Assembly (NCBI GenBank): GCA_016933675.1
Contig: JAFGAM010000075.1
Location: forward strand, 7,822-71,821
Origin: Candidatus Anaeroferrophillacea bacterium
GTDB taxonomy: Bacteria > Desulfobacterota > Anaeroferrophillalia > Anaeroferrophillales > Anaeroferrophillaceae
DNA length: 64,000 bases
Direction of reading: 5' to 3'
The notes beneath the pieces are model-generated. The model ran no database searches. It was not told where the DNA came from and saw only the letters and a list, made by a program, of their open reading frames with translations. The translations under genes were made by a program, and so were the position numbers. Of this stretch, positions 1 to 8,920 are shown piece by piece. Position 1 is the stretch's first letter, and the number at the start of each line of letters is the position of its first letter.

Positions 1-140
1 GAACTGAGAAAGAAGTCACGGATACTTTTTTCCTGGCTGCCGGAAAAGACCATCACCGCGTCGGGGTAGAGATGACGCACCGCCAGCATGGAGGCCAGGG
101 CGTCGAAATCGGCGTTCAGATGGGTGGTGATGATGTCCAT
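1..140 (-). CDS. N-terminus of DHH/CBS-domain tRNA nucleotidyltransferase (poly(A) polymerase family), truncated by window edge
   Basis: Manual translation from ATG at 140 (TAATG overlap with xerD stop): MDIITTHLNADFDALASMLAVRHLYPDAVMVFSGSQEKSIRDFF, a typical DHH motif I start (HxNADFD). Not in ORF track. Confidence 0.75.
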   Translation of the reverse strand, partial: MDIITTHLNADFDALASMLAVRHLYPDAVMVFSGSQEKSIRDFFLS

Positions 141-1114
141 TACTCTTTTTCCCGCGGGTGATACCGCTTATATACCGCCAGCAACCGACCGCTGTCCACC
201 CGGGTATAAATCTGGGTGGTGGCCAGATCGGCATGCCCCAGCAGGCTCTGGACGATACGCAGATCCGCCCCGCCGGCCAGCAGATGGGTGGCGAAGGCGT
301 GGCGCAGCAGGTGGGGATAGACCTTGCGCTGAATACCTGCCTGGCGGGCGTAGCGGGTGATGTTCTTCCAGAACCCCTCGCGGGTCAGGGGGCGGCCGGA
401 GCGGTTGAGAAACAAGTGGGGCGACATGCGCCCTTTCAGAAACCGCGGCCGCACGGTGTCGAGGTACTCCCGCAGTTGCGCCAGCACCCCGAATGGCAGC
501 GGCACCACCCGCTCCTTGTCCCCCTTGCCGATCACCGTCACCGCGCCGAGATTGAAGCTGATCCGGTCCACCGTCATCGCCACCAGTTCGGACACCCGAA
601 CCCCGGTGGCATAGAGCACCGCCAGCATGATGCGGTCGCGGGCGCCGAGCGCGGTGGCAGCATCGGGGGCCGCCAACAGGGTTTCCACTTCGGCGATGGA
701 GATCACCGGCGGCAGCCGCTGGCGGAGTTTGGGGGCGTCCAGCAGCGCCATGGGATTGGCCGCCAGGGTACCCTGCTGGCAGAGATAACGGAAAAACATC
801 CCCAGGGCGGAACCGCGGCGGCGGATGGAGGCGGGAGCGTAATCCGGTCTCAGCCCCTGCAGATAGTCGGCCAGCAGCATGACGTCGATCTGCTCCGGCC
901 CGGCGATGCCGCGGGCGGCGAGAAAGCGCTGAAAATGCCGGCAGTCGGTCTCATAGGAGGAAACCGTTCGGGGCGACAGACCCCGTTCCAGGGAGAGATA
1001 ATCGAGAAAGCACTCCACCAGTTCATCTCCCGGCAGAACCGACGGTGCCGACGGGGCCGTCCCCGCCGCCGCCGTGTCGGTGGCGGAAAAGGCATCAGGA
1101 TTCTTTTTCGGCAC
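140..1114 (-). CDS. xerD: site-specific tyrosine recombinase XerD
   Basis: Catalytic set R (GVRVSEL), K (GKGDKER), HxxR (HLLRH), H (LLGH), Y (TTQIYT); XerD-like ERGLS..T...Y..D and LTREGFW segments. Confidence 0.9.
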   Translation of the reverse strand: MPKKNPDAFSATDTAAAGTAPSAPSVLPGDELVECFLDYLSLERGLSPRTVSSYETDCRHFQRFLAARGIAGPEQIDVMLLADYLQGLRPDYAPASIRRRGSALGMFFRYLCQQGTLAANPMALLDAPKLRQRLPPVISIAEVETLLAAPDAATALGARDRIMLAVLYATGVRVSELVAMTVDRISFNLGAVTVIGKGDKERVVPLPFGVLAQLREYLDTVRPRFLKGRMSPHLFLNRSGRPLTREGFWKNITRYARQAGIQRKVYPHLLRHAFATHLLAGGADLRIVQSLLGHADLATTQIYTRVDSGRLLAVYKRYHPREKE

Positions 1115-1346
1115 CGAAATCCCTGAACCCGCCGGTGCTATCCCCCTGGGGTGTCACCAGGGCGATGGCGTGCTTGTAGAGCAGGTGGCTGATGTAGCCG
1201 TCATTGAGCACCAGGGAAAAATTGTCAAAACTGCTGATCAACCCTTCGCAGGTGCCGCCGTCAAGCAGCCGGACGGTAACCCGCACCCGCTCCCGCCGCA
1301 GCCGGTTGAGAAACTGTTCCTGGACGTTCGCGCCCGGTTTGCCCAT
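1095..1346 (-). CDS. hfq: RNA chaperone Hfq (divergent, 83 aa)
   Basis: MGKPGANVQEQFLNRLRRER...SFDNFS...LYKHAI: helix plus Sm1/Sm2 motifs; GGAGAGG RBS before ATG at 1346; overlaps xerD start by 20 bp. Confidence 0.85.
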   Translation of the reverse strand: MGKPGANVQEQFLNRLRRERVRVTVRLLDGGTCEGLISSFDNFSLVLNDGYISHLLYKHAIALVTPQGDSTGGFRDFGAEKES

Positions 1347-1599
1347 TGCCGCCACCTCTCCCGTCATGATGAAACCGCAACAACCGCCGGTCAACAATAC
1401 CGGATGGCATCGTATCCACCCCGGATCCACGACACGTCCCTGCCCGACCAGGCATGGCAAAAGGAGTCATGCCGGACCATTTCGCATATCCACGGGGTAC
1501 GCCCCCCCGACCAGGCGGTCCGTTCACCGCCGCCGGAGCAACCCGCTTTACAGCGGCACGGTCCGTGTGATATTATCCAATTCTTTTGCCGTACGCAAG

Positions 1600-1615
1600 G
1601 ATATTCAAGAATATC
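1600..1615. promoter_or_regulatory. perfect inverted repeat GATATTC-AA-GAATATC, possible operator in the divergent hfq/moxR spacer
   Basis: Palindrome read directly, about 40 bp upstream of moxR ATG. Confidence 0.3.
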
Positions 1616-1657
1616 AACAGGATCAGCACAAAGATCGAACCCGCTGAAAGGACTGCC

Positions 1658-2524
1658 ATGAACCGCTTCTCACGCTACGGCGGCACCAAGTCATATATCG
1701 CCTCCAAAGCCCTGCAGAACGACGTCAATGTCGCCATCGCCCTCGGCCGGCCGCTGCTCATCAAGGGGGAGCCGGGCACCGGCAAAACCCTGCTGGCCGC
1801 CAGCGTCGCCGAGGCGCTGGAAACCGAACTGCTCACCTGGACGATCAAGTCCTCCACCAAGGCCCAGGACGGGCTCTATGTCTACGACACCGTCCAGCGG
1901 CTCAACGACGCCCGTTTCGGTGACAATGACATCTCCGACATCAAACAGTACATCAAGCTCGGAAAACTGGGCCAGTCATTCAACACCGACCGCCAGGTGG
2001 TGCTGCTGATCGACGAGATCGACAAGGCCGACATCGAGTTCCCCAACGACCTGCTCACCGAACTGGACCAGATGCAGTTCTACATTCCCGAGACCGGCGA
2101 GACGGTGGCCGCCCGCCGGCGCCCGGTGGTGATCATTACCAGCAACTCGGAAAAGGAGCTGCCCGACGCCTTTCTCCGGCGCTGCGTCTTCCACTACATC
2201 GCCTTCCCCGAACCGGCGTTCATGGAGGATATCGTCCGGGTACACTTCCCCGATCTTGAAACCCAACTGCTGCAGGAGGGAATCAAGGCCTTCTACCGCC
2301 TGCGGGAGATCGACGAACTGCGCAAGAAACCCTCCACCAGCGAACTCATCGACTGGCTGCGGGCGCTGGTCGCTTCCAGCACGAAGACGAAGGAACTGGC
2401 GCAGGATCTGCCTTTCCTCGGCGCCCTGCTGAAGAACGAGCAGGACTATCACCGGGTCGCCGGACCGCCTGCCGCCGGCGGAAATGCGGGCGGCGGCCGC
2501 CGATCCTTCGCCGCCTTCCGTTAG
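1658..2524 (+). CDS. MoxR-family AAA+ ATPase (CoxD-like)
   Basis: Walker A GEPGTGKT, Walker B LLIDEIDKAD, TSNSEKELPDAFLRRC, KKPSTSEL motifs. Confidence 0.9.
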   Translation: MNRFSRYGGTKSYIASKALQNDVNVAIALGRPLLIKGEPGTGKTLLAASVAEALETELLTWTIKSSTKAQDGLYVYDTVQRLNDARFGDNDISDIKQYIKLGKLGQSFNTDRQVVLLIDEIDKADIEFPNDLLTELDQMQFYIPETGETVAARRRPVVIITSNSEKELPDAFLRRCVFHYIAFPEPAFMEDIVRVHFPDLETQLLQEGIKAFYRLREIDELRKKPSTSELIDWLRALVASSTKTKELAQDLPFLGALLKNEQDYHRVAGPPAAGGNAGGGRRSFAAFR

Positions 2525-2531
2525 GAAGCCG

Positions 2532-3707
2532 ATGTTCACCGAGTTCTTCTACACCCTCAGGCACCACCGGGTGCCGGTAACCACCACCGAATGGCTCACC
2601 CTGCTGGAGGCCATGCAGCAGGGCTTCGCCGGCAGCAGCCTGGTGGGATTCTACCATCTCGGCCGCTCACTGTTGGTAAAGTCGGAATCGTACTACGACC
2701 AGTATGACATCGCCTTCCGCGACTACTTCACCGGCCTCGAAGTACCGGAAAAGGTATTCGACGAGCTGCTGCGCTGGCTCAGCGAGGAAACCCTGAAACT
2801 TGACCCCCAGGGGGTGAATCTCGAGTCGTTGCCGCGCTACGACTGGGAGACCATCCGGCGGATGTTCGAGGAACGACTCAAGGAGCAGACCGAACGCCAT
2901 AACGGCGGCAGCCGCTGGATCGGCACCGGCGGGACGTCGCCCTTCGGCCACAGCGGCGTGCATCCCGGCGGCATCCGGGTGGGTGGCGAAGGACACAATC
3001 AGAGCGCCGTCAAGATCGCCGCCGAGCGCCAGTTCCGCAACTACCGCAAGGACCTGACCCTGGACACCCGGCAAATCAAGGTGGCGCTGAAAAAGCTCCG
3101 TCACCTGCGGCGCACGGGTACGCGGCTGGAACTGGATATCGAGGAAAGCATAGACAAAACCTGCCGCAACGCCGGTGAGATAGAGCTGGTGTTCCACCCG
3201 GAACGCAAAAACGACGTCAAGCTGCTCCTGCTGATGGACGCCGGCGGCTCCATGCTGCCCTACGCCCGGCTCGTCAACCGACTGTTCTCGGCCGCCGATT
3301 CACTGAACCACTTCCGGGATTTCAAGCACTTCTATTTTCACAACTGCATCTACGACTACCTGCGCACCAGCATGGTCGGCGGCGAGCGGATGGCCACCGC
3401 CCACATCCTCGACACCTTCGACAGCTCCTACAAGGTCATCGTCGTCGGCGATGCCCATATGGCACCCTTCGAGCTGTTCATGGAACACGGCATCATCGAT
3501 TACTACGATTCCAACGACACCGCCGGCATCGTCTGGCTGCAGCGGCTGGAGCAGCACTTCCGCAACATCGTCTGGCTCAACCCGATGCCGCCGCGCGCCT
3601 GGCGCCATCCCACCATCAGCGCCGTGGGTCAGGTGTTTCCCATGTACCATTTGTCGCTGGCGGGCATCGAGGAGGCGGTCGCGGAGCTCACCCGCCTGAC
3701 CCACTGA
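2532..3707 (+). CDS. VWA-domain CoxE-like protein, MoxR partner
   Basis: MIDAS-like DAGGSM, WIGTGGTSPFG, VGDAHMAPFEL, VWLNP; 7 bp after MoxR gene. Confidence 0.85.
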   Translation: MFTEFFYTLRHHRVPVTTTEWLTLLEAMQQGFAGSSLVGFYHLGRSLLVKSESYYDQYDIAFRDYFTGLEVPEKVFDELLRWLSEETLKLDPQGVNLESLPRYDWETIRRMFEERLKEQTERHNGGSRWIGTGGTSPFGHSGVHPGGIRVGGEGHNQSAVKIAAERQFRNYRKDLTLDTRQIKVALKKLRHLRRTGTRLELDIEESIDKTCRNAGEIELVFHPERKNDVKLLLLMDAGGSMLPYARLVNRLFSAADSLNHFRDFKHFYFHNCIYDYLRTSMVGGERMATAHILDTFDSSYKVIVVGDAHMAPFELFMEHGIIDYYDSNDTAGIVWLQRLEQHFRNIVWLNPMPPRAWRHPTISAVGQVFPMYHLSLAGIEEAVAELTRLTH

Positions 3708-3863
3708 GAAGCCGAAGCGGGTGTTTCCCGAGGGGCGCGGACGGCGAGGATCAAGCGACCGCAGGCGAGTACGCGGAGAATGATAACGGGCAAGGGATGA
3801 TGAAATGATCGTTTCCTGACGTTCCGCGGACCAGAAAAAAATTTTTGCGGTCAAGCATTGTCT

Positions 3864-3999
3864 TGATGGACTCGTAAAAAATCCCGATCCACCTCTCCTG
3901 TTAACATATTATAATCATTGACATATTCTAAATTTACTGCTTGTATTTTTTGGTGATTAATGGTCTACTATACAATCATTTCAACTTACGACGCCATCA
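3864..3999. mobile_element. AT-rich 136-bp MITE-like element with imperfect 14-bp terminal inverted repeats
   Basis: TGATGGACTCGTAA (3864-3877) versus reverse complement of TTACGACGCCATCA (3986-3999), 12/14 match; interior strongly AT-rich; right end supplies the trmJ stop codon. Confidence 0.6.
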
Positions 4000-4734
4000 T
4001 TTCCTGAATCCCGACAGATTGTCGATCAGACGTATGATGCCGCGAACGATACGCACCTCACGACGGCTCATGCCGGCACGGCCGAAGAGGCGGCGGACGT
4101 ATTCCATCAGGTGAACGGCGTTATCGCCGTCGAAGAAGCCGGCGGCGGTCAGGGTCTCCTGCATGTGGCCGTACATGCCCTCCAACTCGCGCTGATCGGC
4201 GGCGGGGCCTGCGGGCCGCGCCCGGGGCGGCGGGTTCGCGGTGCGGAAAAGCTCGTAACCGTAGAGCAACACCGACTGGGACAGGTTGATGGAACCGCAG
4301 GCGGGGTTCACCGGCACACTGGAAAGCACATGGCAGGCGCGCCGAGCCTCCCGGTCGAGGCCGAAATCCTCGCGCCCGAACAGCAGCGCCACCGGCTCTT
4401 CCGGCCCGCGTTCATGCACCTTGCCGGCGATTTCCGCCGGTGAAAAGACCGGGCTGACATATTTTCCCTGCCGCGAGGTGGTGCCGACAATGAAGGTAAA
4501 AAGCGTCAGAGCCTCGGCGAGGGTATCGTAACAAACGGCGCTTTCAAGGATATCCTCGGCGCTGCACGAGCGCCGCCGCGCCCGCTCGGTCAGGTGATCG
4601 CAGCGCGGCGCCACCAGCAGCAGCCGGTTAACGGCGAAGTTCTTCATCGCCCGGGCGACGGCGCCGACGTTCTCGTCCAGTTTCGGCTCCACCAGGACGA
4701 CGGCGATATTGTCAAGTGGCCGGGGTTCGATCAT
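3997..4734 (-). CDS. trmJ: tRNA (C32/U32-2'-O)-methyltransferase TrmJ/LasT (SPOUT)
   Basis: VLVEP...NVGAVARAMKNF, LLFGREDFGL, SINLSQSV, C-terminal E..I.RGI helix. Confidence 0.85.
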   Translation of the reverse strand: MIEPRPLDNIAVVLVEPKLDENVGAVARAMKNFAVNRLLLVAPRCDHLTERARRRSCSAEDILESAVCYDTLAEALTLFTFIVGTTSRQGKYVSPVFSPAEIAGKVHERGPEEPVALLFGREDFGLDREARRACHVLSSVPVNPACGSINLSQSVLLYGYELFRTANPPPRARPAGPAADQRELEGMYGHMQETLTAAGFFDGDNAVHLMEYVRRLFGRAGMSRREVRIVRGIIRLIDNLSGFRK

Positions 4735-4878
4735 CGTCCGCGCACCACCCGCAGCCGGAAACCCCGGTTTCAATACTCATCGACTTCCCCTCCGGTATCA
4801 TCGGCATGGTCTCCAGTCGTAGCCGTCGTTTCCCGTGTCTGCCACCAAGAGCCGCGGCTCCATCGGCGTTCCGTTGCC

Positions 4879-5370
4879 CTAATCCAGGTCCAGTTCCGCT
4901 TTGCAGCGGTTGCAGCGCGTCGCGCCGCGGAATACCCGGTTGCCGCAGGACGGACAGACATAGCGCGTTTCCTCGTCTCGCACCCACTGTTCGGTGCCCA
5001 CTGCGCGCCAGTGTGGAATGGCACGCAACATAACCTTTTTCCCCACGGTCATGGGAAAGGTTTCGATGTGTTCGCAGGGAAAGTCGCGGCATTCGTGGCA
5101 GCCGGCATACCCCTTCGCCTCGACGCAGTCGCGGATGGCGCATTGCCGGCAGTGTAAAAAACGTTCTTCCGCCAGGCAGCCGTCACAGCGGATATCGTCG
5201 ACGGTCAGGTTTTCACTGCCGGGCAAAGTACCCTTCCCGACGACACCGCCCCGATAGAGTTTTACCAGCGCCTCCTTGAACTTCTGGTTGTCCTCACGGT
5301 CGGCGATGAGAATGGCGCAGACACCGCAGTAGAGCCCGCAGGGGGCGAGCCAGTCGAGATTCACGGTCAT
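4879..5370 (-). CDS. DUF3795-type Cys-rich metal-binding protein with C-terminal zinc ribbon
   Basis: APCGLYCGVC, CDGC, CRQCAIRDC, CHECRDFPC, CPSC/CNRC. Confidence 0.75.
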   Translation of the reverse strand: MTVNLDWLAPCGLYCGVCAILIADREDNQKFKEALVKLYRGGVVGKGTLPGSENLTVDDIRCDGCLAEERFLHCRQCAIRDCVEAKGYAGCHECRDFPCEHIETFPMTVGKKVMLRAIPHWRAVGTEQWVRDEETRYVCPSCGNRVFRGATRCNRCKAELDLD

Positions 5371-5386
5371 GACAATTCCTTTCCAT

Positions 5387-5748
5387 TCATTCATCGGCGT
5401 AGTTGCGGAGGTGGGGGGACCGGCATCGCCGCCAAAGTCGATGCCCTGCCACTCCCCGATGGTTTTGATACAACGCCACCGTCGCCCGGCATTCCTTCAT
5501 GATCGTGATGACCCTCTCATCCAGACAGGAACGCAGGAAGGCATTCATCGGCCCCTGGTCGCCGGAATCGTAAAAATCGAGCATCAACCGATTGAAATCA
5601 ATCTGTTTGGCTGCCGGCAGATTTATTGCCGGATAGCCGTGCCGCAGCAGGAAACCGTTCACGACGAAACGGCCCATGAGTTGGTTGACATCGTCCGGTT
5701 ATCGAACATATCATCCATCGGATCGGGGATCACCTTTTTTTCTGTCAT
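5387..5748 (-). pseudogene. Fic-family gene remnant (C-terminal part)
   Basis: DDVNQLMGRFVVNGFLLRHGYPAINLPAAKQIDFNRLMLDFY resembles the degenerate Fic motif DVNKRxGR and downstream helix; in-frame TAA just upstream; short orphan ORF from ATG 5748 in another frame. Confidence 0.6.
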
Positions 5749-5907
5749 CTACCGTCCGCTATGCTATATTCAGGAAGATACAACCACCGCCGAAACACGA
5801 CAGGATGGAATGACACCGTAACCCTTCCGGATTCGCGGCACGAAAATGCCGCGGAACACCACCATCATCGTTACGGTGCCGGCCCGCACCCGGTACGGTG
5901 AGTATCC

Positions 5908-6300
5908 ATGTCCCCAATCAGTTCCCGCATCATTGCCTTCATCGCCGGCCGGCGGCGGAGCTTCGGCGATGCCGGTCGCGGCGTCGTCCTCCTGGTAGGG
6001 AGCCAGAGGAACGCCCAAATCCACCTGGCGGCCACGGTACTGGTAATCGTTGCGGGATTCGGTCTCGACATCGACCGCCGCGACTGGGCCCTGCTGGCGG
6101 CGGCCATGGCCCTGGTATGGCTCGGCGAGGCTCTGAATACCGCGGTGGAACTGCTGGCCGACGCCGTTTCCCCGGCCCACCACCCGCTCATCGGCAGCGC
6201 CAAGGACGTCGCCGCCGGCGGCGTCCTGCTCGCCGCCGCCGCCGCGGTGGGCATCGGCCTGCTGGTATTCACACCGTACCTGGCGGCGCTGTGCCGCTGA
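5908..6300 (+). CDS. dgkA: diacylglycerol/undecaprenol kinase (DgkA family)
   Basis: SF..A.RG, NAQIH, EALNTAVE, HPLIGSAKDVAAGGV; three hydrophobic helices. Confidence 0.9.
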   Translation: MSPISSRIIAFIAGRRRSFGDAGRGVVLLVGSQRNAQIHLAATVLVIVAGFGLDIDRRDWALLAAAMALVWLGEALNTAVELLADAVSPAHHPLIGSAKDVAAGGVLLAAAAAVGIGLLVFTPYLAALCR

Positions 6301-6389
6301 CCCCCTCCGGCGACATCACCCGGCACCGCGACCATCCCGGCCCACGCCATTCCGGACCATGCCAACCGGTTTTGCTCCCGGCCGCTTAT

Positions 6390-6983
6390 CTACTTCGCCT
6401 TTTTCCCGCCGCTCACGGCAAACAGTTTCGGCCGCCAACGATGCATGTCGGCCGCGAAAACCCCGCCGGCGACAAACCGGACATCCTCGACCGAATAGAA
6501 TGCTTTCGGATTGCAACGTTTGATATGTTCGGTCACGTAAGGCAGTTGCGAACGCATGATCACCATGAAAAGCAGGTGCACCGGACCGGTGGAACCCTCC
6601 GCCTCGACCACGGTAACACTGAAATTACCGGCACGCAGAAATTCGATCAACGATGATGCGTCGCGGGCGGTAATGACCCGGACGATGACCTTGCCCATGG
6701 CAATCTTCCCTTCGATGGTGATGCCAATATAGTTGCCGACGGCGAACCCGAGCGCATAGGCAAAGTAGTTGATCACGCTGGTCAGGTTGTTCATGATCTG
6801 ACCGATGGCCAGCAGCCAGATCAGGATCTCGAAGAAACCGAGAACCGGTGCCAGAACCCTCATCCCCCGGGAAACCAGGATGATCCGGAGCGTACCCAGG
6901 GTTACATCGAGAATCCGCGCCAGGCAGATAAGCAGCGGCACGATTATCCAGGTGAAAACGGGAGTGTTGAGCAGATCGTCCAT
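6390..6983 (-). CDS. UPF0316 / DUF2179 membrane protein
   Basis: ARILDVTLGTLRII...GFFEILIWL, YALGFAVGNYIG, C-terminal soluble domain with NPKAFYSVEDVR. Confidence 0.8.
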   Translation of the reverse strand: MDDLLNTPVFTWIIVPLLICLARILDVTLGTLRIILVSRGMRVLAPVLGFFEILIWLLAIGQIMNNLTSVINYFAYALGFAVGNYIGITIEGKIAMGKVIVRVITARDASSLIEFLRAGNFSVTVVEAEGSTGPVHLLFMVIMRSQLPYVTEHIKRCNPKAFYSVEDVRFVAGGVFAADMHRWRPKLFAVSGGKKAK

Positions 6984-7112
6984 GAGTGTGTTCTCAGCCG
7001 TCGGACCCGGCGGGGCGGATACCGGACAGTCCCGGCCCCCGCAGGAAAAAGGAATTTCCCGACCGGTGCCGGCACACTTCACACGGCTTCCGCGCGCCCG
7101 GTCATCGGGGTT

Positions 7113-7916
7113 TCAGCCACGGGCAGCGGCGGCGGCGCGCTGCTGACGGCGGATTTCGAAAAGAACCACCGCGGCGGCGGCGGCGACGTTGAGTGATTCC
7201 AGCGGCCGCTGAAACGGGATGGTGAGCAGCAGATCGCAGTTTTTGCGCACCAGCGGCCGGATACCCCGGTCTTCGGAACCCATGACCACCACCAGCGGCA
7301 GGTCGAGATCGACGTCGTAGAGCGGCGTTCCGCCTTCGGCCACAGTACCGGCAGTCCAGAATCCCCGCTCGCGGCACCCTTCCAGCGCCCGGACCAGGTT
7401 CTTCACCCGACAGAAACGCAGATACTCGATCCCCCCGGCCGCGGTCCGGGTGACCACCGGCGTAATGCCGACGGTACGCCGTTCGGGCAGCAGGACGCCG
7501 GAAACCCCGGCGGCAGCGGCACAGCGCAGCAAGGCACCGAGATTGCGTGGGTCGGTTACCTCGTCAACCGCCAGCAGCAACGGCGGCCCGGCGACGTTGA
7601 ACCCGGAGGACAGCACGACCGGAACCGGCGTCAGAATCTTTTCCAGGGGTTCGAAAGCCACCGGCATGACCCGGGCGGCAACACCCTGGTGACGGTCGGT
7701 AGCGGCCAGGCGGGAGAGCGCGGCATGGGGAACGATCTTGACCGGAACCCGGAGATGCTCCGCCCGGACCACAAGAGGCCCGATTCGGGCGGAGGGGGAT
7801 TCCTGGACGTAGAGAACGGCAACGGAGCGGCCGCCGGCCTGCAACAGTTCGGCCACCGCATTGACCCCGGAGACAATATCCCCGCCGTCGGTCTCAGCGC
7901 CGAAGTCGTGCGGCAC
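7113..7916 (-). CDS. rlmB: 23S rRNA Gm2251 methyltransferase RlmB (TrmH family)
   Basis: HQGVAA, DEVTDPRNLGALLR, MGSEDRGIR, ESLNVAAA; probable GTG start at 7916. Confidence 0.9.
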   Translation of the reverse strand: MPHDFGAETDGGDIVSGVNAVAELLQAGGRSVAVLYVQESPSARIGPLVVRAEHLRVPVKIVPHAALSRLAATDRHQGVAARVMPVAFEPLEKILTPVPVVLSSGFNVAGPPLLLAVDEVTDPRNLGALLRCAAAAGVSGVLLPERRTVGITPVVTRTAAGGIEYLRFCRVKNLVRALEGCRERGFWTAGTVAEGGTPLYDVDLDLPLVVVMGSEDRGIRPLVRKNCDLLLTIPFQRPLESLNVAAAAAVVLFEIRRQQRAAAAARG

Positions 7917-7923
7917 CGCGATC

Positions 7924-8466
7924 CTACTCGCCGTTCTGGTCTGATTTGAACAGACGGAAATTGACGACCTTATCCCACAGGCCGGGAGACGTTTGAAAGC
8001 GATCGACGGGTGCCGCGGCCTCCAGCCGCGGCGCCGGACGACCGTCGGGACCCACCGCCGGCGGCGCCGAACGGTAGTTGTCACGCTGTTTCTGCAGGGT
8101 TTCCCGTTCGGCTTCGAGGCCGACCACCACATTCCAGATATCGTCGGCCCGGGTCTTGTCATGCTCGGCAATGGCCGCCGCCAGGCCGTTCATGTCGGCA
8201 ATGGAACGGTCGAGGGTGTGCAGGCGGTCTTCCAGATCCATCAGGTTCAACCGGTCGGTTACCTGGTTGATCCGCGCCTCCATCCCGTTTGCCGCCTTCA
8301 GGGCGGCGGTGAGATGGTCGACCTTCGCGCCCAGCTTCGCCGTCCAGCAGGCCAGCAGGCCCACCAGCACGAGGACAATGACCAGGAATCCGGTCATCCA
8401 GGCGGACGATCCGCGGCGGCTCTTTTCGATGATCGGCTCGGCGGCCGCAGTTTCGGGGGCAGTCAT
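7924..8466 (-). CDS. hypothetical single-pass membrane coiled-coil protein
   Basis: One hydrophobic segment (FLVIVLVLVGLLAC) followed by heptad-rich helix; AAGGAG RBS upstream; 7 bp before rlmB start. Confidence 0.65.
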   Translation of the reverse strand: MTAPETAAAEPIIEKSRRGSSAWMTGFLVIVLVLVGLLACWTAKLGAKVDHLTAALKAANGMEARINQVTDRLNLMDLEDRLHTLDRSIADMNGLAAAIAEHDKTRADDIWNVVVGLEAERETLQKQRDNYRSAPPAVGPDGRPAPRLEAAAPVDRFQTSPGLWDKVVNFRLFKSDQNGE

Positions 8467-8920
8467 GGGTATCGGGCTCCTTCGCGGTGAATATGCCGGG
8501 GCTCCAACACCATCCCGCGAACCGCGGGCACCCGGCAACGGCAACGATACAGCGGGGTTACAACCTTCACCCCGTCATCGTTGGTTATCATATCACCGCG
8601 TTCATTGACAACAGAAAAAGCGTTCGCCAACGCGTCCCGGTAGCCCCGCCAGGGAAATTTTTACCGAAATTGACCGCCATACACTGCCGCGGACGAGAGA
8701 AACACTTGCATACCGTCACGTAACATGACACATGACACACATCACCCATGATCGCGTCATGCAGGCACAAAATGGTGTCCGGGCCTTCGAGAGTATTGAA
8801 AACCGCGGGCAAATGTGCTAGCTCTACCACTTCAGTCAGGAACCCGGCTGCCACCCGGCCGGTGCTGACTCCGTTGCGGGCCGCCGCCGCCCGGCGGCAC
8901 ATCTTGAGGAGCAGAGTGTC

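Noticed and set aside
140-1114. Phage or island integrase
   Set aside because: Sequence and context match chromosomal XerD; no att site or mobile genes nearby.
8467-8920. Lysine/SAM riboswitch or Thr attenuator before alaC-hom
   Set aside because: No recognisable aptamer core or leader peptide; only a generic hairpin and a short ACATGAC repeat.
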